Positions 37,228 through 47,137 of a DNA stretch of 64,000 nucleotides are shown piece by piece. The stretch's first letter is position 1; each line of letters starts with the position of its first letter. Position numbers and translations under genes: made by a program. The stretch is taken from positions 960,001 to 1,024,000 of the forward strand of contig CAWFXL010000001.1 of the NCBI GenBank assembly GCA_963819815.1. The letters run 5' to 3'. The notes under the pieces are model-generated. The model searched no databases. It saw only the letters and a list, made by a program, of their open reading frames with translations, and was not told the origin of the DNA. Origin of the DNA: an uncultured bacterium (lineage in GTDB: Bacteria; Babelota; Babeliae; Babelales; Babelaceae).

Positions 37228-38301
37228 TTAAGCAGCAGCTGTTTTAACGGGTTGAGATTTCTGGTTACTTGTATAGACATAGTAAAGTGTGGCAACTACC
37301 GCACCCGCACCTAGGCCTATAAGAAGATTCTTACCTCTACTGTTTACTACAGGTGGTTTTGCATCCGTAGGGGATCCAGCACCAGTTTTATCCGGTTTAC
37401 CACCAGTTGGATTAGATGGATCAGCAGGAGTTCCCTCAGATCCATCACCTGTACCAGGAGCAGGTTTTTCTCTCAGATTTAGATCAACACCAATTAGCGC
37501 TTTCAAGCGCGCTAGTACTTCCGCTGAATCTTCACCTGTAAAGCATTTTGCTTCAAGGATGTCGGCAAAGGTTTGATTCTTACTATTCACAAGGTTTGGA
37601 ACCTTTAGATCATTGACAAGATACTCAAAGGTATCAATATTCTGGGTTAACGATCCCCTTAAAGCAAGGATATGTAAAACAGTATTTCCATTTGCATCCA
37701 CGGCAGATGCATTAACACCTTGTGCTACACACCATTGAATAATATCACGATCAAAAACTTGACCTTTTTGGGATGGCGCTGCAAGAATATGTAGTGCTGT
37801 CTTTCCTGAACGAGTTAACGCTGCTGGATTCGCTCCAAGATTAACAAGTCCAGTAACTTTTCCGCCTAGATCTTCCTTAGTGATATCATTTAGTTGTAAA
37901 AGCAGAAGCAATGGAGTATTGCCAGCTTTGTTTGTAACGTTGACGTTAACACCAAGATCAACTAAACATTTGACTAGTTCTAAATCTACATTCAAACCTT
38001 GCTCTCTAACAAGCAAATGAAGACGGGTTTCTTCTCCACCAACATTATATGCGTTGAGCAAATCACTCTTGAGGTAGGTCTCATTTACAAAAGTTCCAGC
38101 ATCTTGTTGTTTTTTAACAAAATCTTTAAATGCATCGCACGTTGCTTCACATTTAAACCATTCTTCGACAGCCAGATTTCGAGCATCAGCTGTTGAGCTG
38201 TTGTACCAATAAGACCAGGCCTTTGGGCTCACCCAACTACCAGCCTGTATGCTTCCCTGAATAAGGGTCACACTCAAAAGACAACCTAAAAATTTCTTCA
38301 T
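37228..38301 (-). CDS. Secreted ankyrin-repeat protein with Pro/Gly linker and C-terminal anchor
   Basis: Start ATG 38301 (GAGG upstream; MKKFLGCLLSVTLIQGSIQA); GNTPLLLLL, GKTALHILA, GNTVLHILA; ends TAAA. Confidence 0.88.
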   Translation of the reverse strand: MKKFLGCLLSVTLIQGSIQAGSWVSPKAWSYWYNSSTADARNLAVEEWFKCEATCDAFKDFVKKQQDAGTFVNETYLKSDLLNAYNVGGEETRLHLLVREQGLNVDLELVKCLVDLGVNVNVTNKAGNTPLLLLLQLNDITKEDLGGKVTGLVNLGANPAALTRSGKTALHILAAPSQKGQVFDRDIIQWCVAQGVNASAVDANGNTVLHILALRGSLTQNIDTFEYLVNDLKVPNLVNSKNQTFADILEAKCFTGEDSAEVLARLKALIGVDLNLREKPAPGTGDGSEGTPADPSNPTGGKPDKTGAGSPTDAKPPVVNSRGKNLLIGLGAGAVVATLYYVYTSNQKSQPVKTAAA

Positions 38302-38659
38302 AGACGTTTCCTCGTTAACATTGTTAAAAATGTCAGTTTTGTTAATACCTAATTCCCATTTTAGAAGAACTCTTTCCAAAATGCAAATGCCTCATAAAAT
38401 ATCAAACTCAAGTATATTACTTAAAAAAACATTTTAGCAAGAGTTTCTTTTTTTTCAAACAAAATTTTATGAACTTAAGCTTACCTCCATACTACCAGAT
38501 TCTTTAGTGGATGTCTCTAGCTCCTAGAAATAGTATCACCTTGGATTATCCATTAGGCTTTTTAAGCTACTTGGGCTTTAGGCATTCTATAGAATATGGT
38601 CATGTTCCCTATGTTCACACAAGTAAGCGGATACCTGCCGGTTGTACCTAAAAACATAC

Positions 38660-40744
38660 TTAACTTGCCTGAACAGTAGTAGTTCCACCAGGGCTAGATT
38701 TTTGGCTTTTGGTATATACATAGTAGATTAAGCTAGCAATAGCCCCTATACCGAAAGCTAGGGGCGCATTCCGATGTATAAATCCAGATCTTATCGATGG
38801 CTTCTGAGTTACCGGACCTTGCATATTCCTGGCTTTACTAACTGAAGGCTTCTCTCCTTTTCCGGAAACTTGTGGAGAAGCAAGTGGGTCGGTTGGAATC
38901 GTTTGAGAAATAGTACCCGATCCCTTTTTAGAGCGACTCTTTGGTGGATTTGAGCCTAGACTTTCCTTGCCCACTTCCTCACCTTTTTGAGTAACAGGGG
39001 TAGTTATCTTCAAACTCTTAACTCCATCATTCTTAGAAATTGCTTTTGAATGAGCAGCTTTGCCGCTTTTTCCCGTTACTGGCAAATAAGCAAGAGGACT
39101 TGCATCAGAAACTATTCCGCTACCAGGAGCCGGGGAATTACCACCTGAAATGCTTTTCACATCATGCTTAGCAGGTGAGTTTGAATCCAGACAATCATTC
39201 TCAACAACTTCCTTTGCACATAAACTGGGATTAAGCGTTTTCCACCAGGAAACCATTTCTGTCGTAAACTTACCCCGCTGAGTCAAAATACTGATATAAT
39301 AATCCCCATTCTCGTTTTGTGCCGCCATATTGACACCAAGATCTTGCAATTTTTTGAGCATATCAAATGATGCTTCTTCCAAATCTACCTCTGCAAGTAT
39401 GTGCAAAAAACAATTACCTTCTGTATCTGTCAGATTTGGGTCAACTTTTAGCTCCTTAATAAGATAGGCATACAAATCAATATAGGTAGCGAGCGATCCT
39501 CGTAAGGCAAGAATATGCAAAATACTATAGCCATATATATCTTGTAAACATGGATTAACCCCTAACTTAATCCACCAATCAACCATTTCACGATCGAAGA
39601 TCTGCTCTTCGCCACTCAATGATGGACTTGCAAGACTATGCAAGATAGTCTCATTGGATCCATTTAACAGCTTCGGATCTGCCCCAAGGGAAATGAGCTT
39701 CTGAATTTCTCTCAAATCGCTCTTACGTATAAAACGATTTTCAACACGAAACTGGAAGGGAGTAGTCCCTTCTATGTCCCGTTTATTAATATCTACACCA
39801 AGATCAAGTAAACATTCCACTACATCAAAGTCTAGAGGAATACCCTCCTCTATAATTTCTTCAAAATAGGCATGAAGGCGCGTTTTCCCTTCACTATTCA
39901 AACCATTAACCACGTCACTCTTGATCTGTCCCTCCCTAAAAATTCCAGATTTTCTTTGATCCATAACAAAGCCCTCTAATGCATCGCGGGTTGATTCACA
40001 GGCAAACCATTCCTCAACAATAGAAGCTCGGCGATTTTTTGTGGGGGTCACAAAGGAGAGCACGGTACGAACAAATTTCGTAACAGAAGATGGGGCAGTT
40101 CCCCCTTGACTACTTTTTCTAGGGGTAAGCACCGGTGAGAAAGCGCCATTGGCTTGTGCGGGGACAGACTGAGGTGTAAGTCTCAACCTTCTATCACTCA
40201 TATCAGAAGTTGGAGTATGCACTCGAAACCTTTTTGTACGTGCGGGCCCGCTTGCAATGGTACGCCCTTCGGCTCCAAGACGCCGCAAAAAAGGTGTAAC
40301 CCCAGCATGTAGGACTCTAGGAGTGGGAGCTTTTGAAGTGGCTCGAATATCTGGTGTAAATTTCTGCGTAGCTGGTGTCGCACTTCCATCAGTTGATGAT
40401 TCCTCATCTTGATATGCAGAGCTCTCACTTGGAGTAGACTCATGAGAAGCATCACTTAGCCCGCTAGCTCGGTCAAAAGGAGTTCCTTCAATCCATTCTA
40501 TATTCCCTTGATCTGCACTCATACCTGAAGCAAGCTTACTACCCCCATCTCTTTGCGGAGTTTGAGTGGGCGTACAAGTTTGGCTAAGCTGCCTTTTTGC
40601 TAGCTGCGTTTTCGCCAATTGACGTGCTAAAGCTTCTACGCTTCCTTGAACAAGCACAACACTCAAGAAACAACCTAATAATCTCTTCATAAACGAGGGA
40701 CCCCAAACAAGACTTGCTATGACAATGATTCTCTTTGAAAGCAT
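38660..40744 (-). CDS. Secreted ankyrin-repeat protein with long Ser/Thr/Pro-rich region and C-terminal anchor (paralog of 37228..38301)
   Basis: Start at ATG 40744 or 40690 (MKRLLGCFLSVVLVQGSVEA); shared VEEWF.CE.T.DA and ILHILALRGSL segments. Confidence 0.85.
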   Translation of the reverse strand: MLSKRIIVIASLVWGPSFMKRLLGCFLSVVLVQGSVEALARQLAKTQLAKRQLSQTCTPTQTPQRDGGSKLASGMSADQGNIEWIEGTPFDRASGLSDASHESTPSESSAYQDEESSTDGSATPATQKFTPDIRATSKAPTPRVLHAGVTPFLRRLGAEGRTIASGPARTKRFRVHTPTSDMSDRRLRLTPQSVPAQANGAFSPVLTPRKSSQGGTAPSSVTKFVRTVLSFVTPTKNRRASIVEEWFACESTRDALEGFVMDQRKSGIFREGQIKSDVVNGLNSEGKTRLHAYFEEIIEEGIPLDFDVVECLLDLGVDINKRDIEGTTPFQFRVENRFIRKSDLREIQKLISLGADPKLLNGSNETILHSLASPSLSGEEQIFDREMVDWWIKLGVNPCLQDIYGYSILHILALRGSLATYIDLYAYLIKELKVDPNLTDTEGNCFLHILAEVDLEEASFDMLKKLQDLGVNMAAQNENGDYYISILTQRGKFTTEMVSWWKTLNPSLCAKEVVENDCLDSNSPAKHDVKSISGGNSPAPGSGIVSDASPLAYLPVTGKSGKAAHSKAISKNDGVKSLKITTPVTQKGEEVGKESLGSNPPKSRSKKGSGTISQTIPTDPLASPQVSGKGEKPSVSKARNMQGPVTQKPSIRSGFIHRNAPLAFGIGAIASLIYYVYTKSQKSSPGGTTTVQAS

Positions 40745-41195
40745 TGTAAAATAACTCTTAGCAAAAGGCAAATTGCTCATATAATATCCATTACACATAT
40801 ACTTAATCTTTAAAAACCCTTGACAAAAGGGCTCGGATTGCAGATAGAATTGACCACCCTGGGCATTCCCACCAAAACTTGCCAATGCACAGCCGAAAAA
40901 AAATTTCTAAACATTTCATAATGTTATCATAACTTTGTATAAGTAGGGTTATATTTGTCACAGAAATGAACCGGGCTTTATAAAACAGGAGTCTTAAAAA
41001 ATGGTAAAAAGCCCTAACAGAAATCTTTAAAGGGGCAAGCCGAACTTTTTATAATAAAGATGCAAATAATACTTGATTTCTTCAAGAAAGGTCTTTAACC
41101 TTAAGAGTAGCTAAGAAGGAATTGTAGTAATGAAGCTTGCTATTTTAGTTCCCGCTAGTCGAGGATCCTCTCTTTACAATCAGATAAATTTGTAG

Positions 41196-41816
41196 TTAAC
41201 ACCGTCCACTGAGTTGGAGTGAACGCTTTTTGAGCCTTTCAAAAGATTTTGTATAGGCTTCAAAAAGGGCTTCATTTTCGATAATCACCACATTTTCCTG
41301 ATTCTTTTCATTAGCCCTCATCGTAAAATTATACGATCCGGTCCAGACAAGCGCTTTGCCCTCTATGGTTTGAGTAAAAAGCATAAATTTATTATGCATA
41401 AGCCCTGCTTCAGATTCATTGGAAGAGGTTTGAAATACCCAGAGTGGAATCTGAGCATTAGCGAGCGTACATACCTTGCTGTGGTAGCCCTGGCCATATG
41501 ACCTATCCACAACTCCTTCAACTAATACTCCTCTATGAGCCGCCCGTATAAGTGCTTGTGTTATGGCCTTATCAGTAAGAGTATATATGGCAAAGGAAAT
41601 ACGTTTTTTTTCAGCATCGATAAGCCCAATAAGTATCGAGCGAAGATCGTCATCAGGAGAAAAAAATGATTGCACGACAAAGCCCTGATGAGTCGAGAGG
41701 GCACGTGAAAGTTTACGTTCATCACGTAGTGAAAGCCAGTAGGAGGCAATACCAAAGCAGCCAAGTACTATAAGAAAGGCAAGGAGCGCGACAAGTTTGC
41801 GTACAAAGCTTTTCAT
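41196..41816 (-). CDS. Phospholipase D-family (Nuc/Zucchini-like, single HKD) protein with N-terminal TM
   Basis: FFSP, AIY.LT...I..AL..A..RGV.V, MHNKF, TGSYNFT...N.EN. Confidence 0.85.
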   Translation of the reverse strand: MKSFVRKLVALLAFLIVLGCFGIASYWLSLRDERKLSRALSTHQGFVVQSFFSPDDDLRSILIGLIDAEKKRISFAIYTLTDKAITQALIRAAHRGVLVEGVVDRSYGQGYHSKVCTLANAQIPLWVFQTSSNESEAGLMHNKFMLFTQTIEGKALVWTGSYNFTMRANEKNQENVVIIENEALFEAYTKSFERLKKRSLQLSGRC

Positions 41817-41828
41817 TTCTATTCCTTC

Positions 41829-44525
41829 TTAAAATTTCCAGCGCATCTCTACTTCACCACCCAAACTTCCCTCTTGGTCTCGCACCGCTTTTACCGTGAC
41901 ATCATCTGATACGGTATATTCAAGCTCAAGTTGCGTATCGCCCGATAACGTAAGATCGTTCTGAGCTTTTGCACGTAAACGGTCATTAATATCGACCTCA
42001 AGTACCGCCTGAAGATCATCTTGTGTCGCTCCCTTTTTAACCAGTCTCACATTTTTAAGCGGTGTTAAGAGATTCTTTAAGAACTGCTGCGCTGCGCTCA
42101 GCTTTTCTTCAGAACCAAAGATCACATCTCCTATCTGCTGCATAAGCACCCGAGGCATTGCTGCAGATAATGAACCATGATCTGAACCTGCTAAGAGAAG
42201 CGTTATAATCCCCTCTTCAGAAAGCTGCGGTGATGCTTCAAAGCGCACCTGAGGTTGCTCGAGGGTACCCGTTACGCTCATCGTGACCGTATAGGCTCTT
42301 ATTTTGTTTTTCGCTGTTAGATTAATGACCGGCCCTTCAGGCTGATGCGGAGCGAGGATAAGTTTCCCTTGGGTCACAAAAAGTGGCTTGTAAGGGAAAT
42401 CAAAAGAGCCATGGGCAAGTTCAATAACACCCTCCATCTCAGGGCTGGTTGCTTTTCCGGTAATCTTCATATCAATATGTGCATCAGCTTTTAAAAATGA
42501 GGTCTGCACTTTTAGCGGGTTTCTACTTTGCACGCGCAGATCAATATCAATATCACGTCCTTCCTTAGAAAAGGCGGTCGCTTGCATCAAATCTTTTTGC
42601 ACCTGAGAAGATAAAAGGTTACTTCTTAAATGTGCATTCTCGATCATAAGTATTCCAGAGCAGCGCCACGCACCTTCAGCATAGAAAGCCGTGATACCAC
42701 CTGAGATAGTTCCAAAGAGCTCTTTTTGTTTACTAATAAGAAGATCTTTACACTGCAGAGGAACATGTGCTGATGACAACTCACCTGATTCATTCAAGTA
42801 AAAGGTTGCACAAGAGGACCAAGCAAACCCTTTATGCATCGCAATCATAAGATCATGAATCTTCACACAGCGCCGTGCCATATCGATCTCAAGAAGCCCT
42901 GATATCTCTTTAATAACCGTATAGGTTCCAGGTATTTTTAATGAGCCATCTTTCACCAAAAACTCAATACGCTGAACCTCTTTTTCACGTGAAGATCGCA
43001 CCTGCGCCTCAATAGAACCGCTCAGTTGATAACCCGTAAGCGCCTGTATAAGTTTTTTAAGAACGAGACCATCAATCATCCCCTTAAGAGCTTGAGCGTC
43101 TGACCCATCCTGATGCAATGCGATACGCTTCTGATGAAGCGTATCACTCACGGTAAACTTCTTAACCGTAAATGGATTCAATTCAAACTCAAGATGTACC
43201 GGGTTACCCCCCGCAGTACCAACTACTTTGGTATGTTTAAAGTCAGTTGTCACTGAGCCACGCAAGGGTAACTTTGAGGTATCAAAGAGCGTGCTATCCG
43301 CCTTAAATTCAGACTTAAGGATTCCATCCTTATAATAAATCGTTGACCGGCCTTTCTCGAAAGTACAGCGGGGAATACCTTCATAGGGATGAGAAAACGA
43401 CAACGATCCAGAAACTTCTTTTGATGCAAAGCGACCTATAAGAGATCCCTTAAGCCCTATTCCCGACGATTCTGCATCTGAAATAGTTGCTTTAACTTCA
43501 CGCTCATCACCCTCAAGCTTGACATGAGCAGATGATAAGGTCACCCCTCTATACTGAGCATCCGCAAGCTCAGCGTTACCAGAGTACGCATATCCTGTAG
43601 GTACAGCAGAGATAGTGCCGACAAAGCGCACAGTGCCCGCGGCTTCATATGCACGTGCATCATCGATGATACATGATACAAGCTCACCAAGACTACCTTG
43701 TAAAGTTACATCACCCGCCATTCCTTCATCGATAGCTTTTGTACGACCTTCAAAAGAAAGCGAGCCATCTTCAGAACGACAATGGCAGACCCCGACTCCT
43801 TGAGCATAGGTACCATAAAGATTATACCCCATATCACCCTTACTTGATGGCCTCATACCGGTACATTTTAATGTACATGAGTAAGGTGCTTCACTTGGAG
43901 CCTCAATAGTGAGTCGCCCCTGTAGATGTTCAGCAAGGAGCCTGCTTCCATGACGTACGGAGCCATTATGTGCTAACAGATGAGTTACCACATTGCGTGG
44001 TTCAATCGATGTGATCGTCGCACCATGCACCATGAGCTCTCCTGACTCACTAGCTATCGTACCTACTGAGCCCTGGGTGCGATACTGGACAAAGTTCAGA
44101 GGAACGGTAATTGGTGCGTTCATCAAGGCAAAAAATGGCTTTGCTATAGCTAATGATCCTTGTGCGTACTTAGTAAAGAGAACAGGATTCTCAAAGGTGA
44201 CTGATGCATCAAAGGCGTTGGCACCCTTGAACCAAGAAAGCCAAGAGACCTGTAACCGTACTACCGGGCAGGTAAAAGACCATGTTTTATCAGGGGAAGA
44301 TGAGGAAAGATTATGCATGACAATCTCACCATGAAAGAGATCGATCTCATCAACCGAAAGATCGAATGATTCTCCGATAATTGTAGCCATGGAAGAGACG
44401 ATACGTCTTTCAAGAGCTCCCTTTAACCGAGGATCATTTTGCAGAATGCCAACTGCAACAGCACAACCCAGGAGAAGTGCGGCTGGAAGTTTGACGAAAA
44501 GAAAAGCAACATTCTTCAAGCTCAT
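41829..44525 (-). CDS. tamB: TamB/AsmA-like translocation and assembly module protein
   Basis: N-terminal TM, beta-rich body, C-terminal G....P...G.I...G...; V.GTLEQP.V.F.ASP.LSE..I..LL..G; terminal strand ending WKF. Confidence 0.75.
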   Translation of the reverse strand: MSLKNVAFLFVKLPAALLLGCAVAVGILQNDPRLKGALERRIVSSMATIIGESFDLSVDEIDLFHGEIVMHNLSSSSPDKTWSFTCPVVRLQVSWLSWFKGANAFDASVTFENPVLFTKYAQGSLAIAKPFFALMNAPITVPLNFVQYRTQGSVGTIASESGELMVHGATITSIEPRNVVTHLLAHNGSVRHGSRLLAEHLQGRLTIEAPSEAPYSCTLKCTGMRPSSKGDMGYNLYGTYAQGVGVCHCRSEDGSLSFEGRTKAIDEGMAGDVTLQGSLGELVSCIIDDARAYEAAGTVRFVGTISAVPTGYAYSGNAELADAQYRGVTLSSAHVKLEGDEREVKATISDAESSGIGLKGSLIGRFASKEVSGSLSFSHPYEGIPRCTFEKGRSTIYYKDGILKSEFKADSTLFDTSKLPLRGSVTTDFKHTKVVGTAGGNPVHLEFELNPFTVKKFTVSDTLHQKRIALHQDGSDAQALKGMIDGLVLKKLIQALTGYQLSGSIEAQVRSSREKEVQRIEFLVKDGSLKIPGTYTVIKEISGLLEIDMARRCVKIHDLMIAMHKGFAWSSCATFYLNESGELSSAHVPLQCKDLLISKQKELFGTISGGITAFYAEGAWRCSGILMIENAHLRSNLLSSQVQKDLMQATAFSKEGRDIDIDLRVQSRNPLKVQTSFLKADAHIDMKITGKATSPEMEGVIELAHGSFDFPYKPLFVTQGKLILAPHQPEGPVINLTAKNKIRAYTVTMSVTGTLEQPQVRFEASPQLSEEGIITLLLAGSDHGSLSAAMPRVLMQQIGDVIFGSEEKLSAAQQFLKNLLTPLKNVRLVKKGATQDDLQAVLEVDINDRLRAKAQNDLTLSGDTQLELEYTVSDDVTVKAVRDQEGSLGGEVEMRWKF

Positions 44526-44795
44526 GTCTCACTGGTAGGGCTTACTTTATCTGAGCTTAGTGTACACCAATCCACACAGGCGGCCAAGTCCCTTAGCTTG
44601 TCAAAGGCTTCTGAGCTCAAACCCCTATCTCACAACCTATGCGGGCAAAGACAATGCATGACGGACAAGAGTGATTATCTTGAGAAGTCAAGAAAAGTTG
44701 ATAGCGCGCCTTCAAGCATGCCCTTTCTTGCCTAGTATATTGAAATATTGGGCTGAGTAGCAGATGCACTGAACGAAAAGCATTGTATTTTCAAC

Positions 44796-45326
44796 CTATT
44801 CGAGAGGATCCCATACCTGAGATGAAAAGATATAGCGATAGCGACGCAACCCTGTAATTGCAGATGCATCAGTTGTGAGTGCATACAAGCATGATCGAGC
44901 TTCATCAGCAAGATAGAGAGTCCCTGCACTAAGCGTACCATCTTGATATGCCTCTAAGGTACTCTTTTTAAAGGTGATAGCGTGTGTAATCACCTTCGTT
45001 GGATTGCCAGGAGGTCCTTTTACTTTTTGTGGTAGTGCAAAGAGAACCTGGGGAGCAAGGTACTGCGTAGAATCAACTGTAAACGATCGTTCTCCTTCAT
45101 CAAAGGTAATGCGCTGGGTACGACCCTCAAGAAGAGCCTTTCTTCGCACATAGACAAGTGCTGCATAGAGCCGGTTAAGTTCAGTACGTACAAGAAATGG
45201 ATGATACACTGCATAGTTCCCCACCATCAAACAAGTGATAAGTCCTAGAAGCATAATGGCACAACAGATCTCTATAAGAGTAGTTCCGGGAGAGCTATGT
45301 AGTAATACCTTCTTGAGATGTCGCAA
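44796..45326 (-). CDS. Type IV prepilin-like / pseudopilin (GspH/FimT-like)
   Basis: G|TTLIE prepilin-type motif followed by a hydrophobic helix; likely TTG start at 45326 after AAGAGG, overlapping the gspE stop. Confidence 0.7.
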   Translation of the reverse strand: MRHLKKVLLHSSPGTTLIEICCAIMLLGLITCLMVGNYAVYHPFLVRTELNRLYAALVYVRRKALLEGRTQRITFDEGERSFTVDSTQYLAPQVLFALPQKVKGPPGNPTKVITHAITFKKSTLEAYQDGTLSAGTLYLADEARSCLYALTTDASAITGLRRYRYIFSSQVWDPLE

Positions 45327-47004
45327 CAGAGAGAACCTCTTCAATCGTGGTGAGGCCTTCTTTAATTTTGCGCACGCCGTCATCAACGAGTAAGGTCATG
45401 CCATCTTTGACCGCCTGCTCTTGTATAACTGCCGTATCTGAACGCTCAAGCGTTAACCGCGCTATAGGCTGGGTCATGACCATAATCTCAAAGAGGGCTA
45501 TTCGTCCACGATACCCTGTTTGGAGACATTCGTCACAACCAACAGGCTCATAAAACACCACCTTCTCGATCTCCTTCTTTGTCAAAGGAAGCCTTTTCAG
45601 AACTGCTTCTGACGGGCGATATTCACGCTTACATACTTCACAGAGTTTTCTGACAAGACGCTGGGCTACAATGGCAACAATCGTAGACGCTATCAAGAAT
45701 GGTTCGATACCCATATCAATAAGACGGGTTATCGATGCCGCAGCACTATTGGTATGCAAGGTGCTTAATACTAAGTGACCAGTCAATGCTGCTTGAATCG
45801 CAATTTGCGAAGTCTCTTGGTCGCGCAACTCACCAATCATCACAATATCAGGATCTTGACGCAATATCGATCTTAAAGCTGCTGCAAACGTGAGACCTAT
45901 CTTTTCTTTTACTTGTACTTGGCCGATCCCAGCAAGTTGGTACTCAACCGGATCTTCTACGGTAATAATATTTACTTCAGGCGAGTTAAGGGTCGTTAAT
46001 ATTGAGTAGAGCGTAGACGTCTTACCAGACCCTGTTGGACCGGTGATGAGCAGGATACCATTTGGTTGGGTAATACTCTGCTGAATCACCTCATAATCTC
46101 GCTGACTAAACCCAAGAGCATTGAGCGCTTGAGCAGTTCGGGTCTTATCTAAGATACGCATCACAATACGCTCCCCAAAAGAAACCGGTAATGTCGAAAC
46201 ACGAATATCTATCGGCTTATCTGCTATCTTAATTTGGATACGACCATCTTGAGGTATCCGCTTTTCAGCAATATTCATCCCTGCCATGATTTTAATACGG
46301 GAGGTTAAAGCTGCTTGCGCACGCTTTGGAGGCAGAAATACGGTATACATAACACCATCGATACGGTACCGTACACGGAGCTCTTTTTCAAACGGTTCAA
46401 GATGAATATCAGAAGCCTCACGTTTAACCGCTTGGTACAAGATATGGTTCACTAACTTAATAATAGGAGCTTCACTTGCCATACCAAGGATATCTTCCTC
46501 TTCAATGGCACCGAAGTCCACCCCCTCTATTTGGGTTTCTTCTTCAAGTTCCTCGATCATCTCTTTGGTACCCTCAAGTGGGTAGTACCTATTGATCGCA
46601 TCAATAATGAGCGAGCGCGTCGCGACAGCAATCTTTGTGTTACCACCAAGAAGAATATTAAGTTCATCTAAGGGTTGAAAGTCAGATGGCTGAGAGGTTA
46701 CTAAGAAGATCGTATTATCTTGACTTATCGGGATGACCAGTTGATCACGTAAAAACTTAAGAGGAATACGGGCAAGCAGATCTGGATCGGCCATCTTTTC
46801 AGAGATCGACTCAATGACTGGCACGTTAAAGAGCTCAGCATAACAAGAAACCAGCTCTTTTTCCTCTACAAGACCATTAGTGCGAAGATAGTCTGCAAGG
46901 GGAAGATGGGCCTCCTTGCTTGCCGCTTGATATTCTTCAAGCTGAGACTGCGTAAGAAGGTTTCGCTGAACTAACAGATCTGCAAGAGTTTTTCGTGTCG
47001 CCAT
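45295..47004 (-). CDS. gspE: Type II secretion / type IV pilus assembly ATPase GspE/PilB
   Basis: ASDIH.EP, GPTGSGKT, TVEDPVE, LRQDPD, TGHLV.STLH, tetracysteine motif; start set at ATG 47004. Confidence 0.92.
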   Translation of the reverse strand: MATRKTLADLLVQRNLLTQSQLEEYQAASKEAHLPLADYLRTNGLVEEKELVSCYAELFNVPVIESISEKMADPDLLARIPLKFLRDQLVIPISQDNTIFLVTSQPSDFQPLDELNILLGGNTKIAVATRSLIIDAINRYYPLEGTKEMIEELEEETQIEGVDFGAIEEEDILGMASEAPIIKLVNHILYQAVKREASDIHLEPFEKELRVRYRIDGVMYTVFLPPKRAQAALTSRIKIMAGMNIAEKRIPQDGRIQIKIADKPIDIRVSTLPVSFGERIVMRILDKTRTAQALNALGFSQRDYEVIQQSITQPNGILLITGPTGSGKTSTLYSILTTLNSPEVNIITVEDPVEYQLAGIGQVQVKEKIGLTFAAALRSILRQDPDIVMIGELRDQETSQIAIQAALTGHLVLSTLHTNSAAASITRLIDMGIEPFLIASTIVAIVAQRLVRKLCEVCKREYRPSEAVLKRLPLTKKEIEKVVFYEPVGCDECLQTGYRGRIALFEIMVMTQPIARLTLERSDTAVIQEQAVKDGMTLLVDDGVRKIKEGLTTIEEVLSVATSQEGITT

Positions 47005-47137
47005 GCTACCTGTGGGGTAAAGAATTTGTATCCGTCGGTATGAGCATACCAAAAAGCGTAAAATATTCATACTCTTGCGAAATTTAGCCACTCTGGTAGG
47101 GTTAATTAAGATAGGATCTTACATTAAAGGAACATCC

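Noticed and set aside
40745..40885. Upstream extension of the 741-aa ORF (similarly for the track ORFs starting at 38379, 47091, 47075, 45386 and 17550)
   Set aside because: Paralog comparison, leader position and RBS placement support downstream starts; the extensions cover promoter-like DNA or overlap neighbouring genes.
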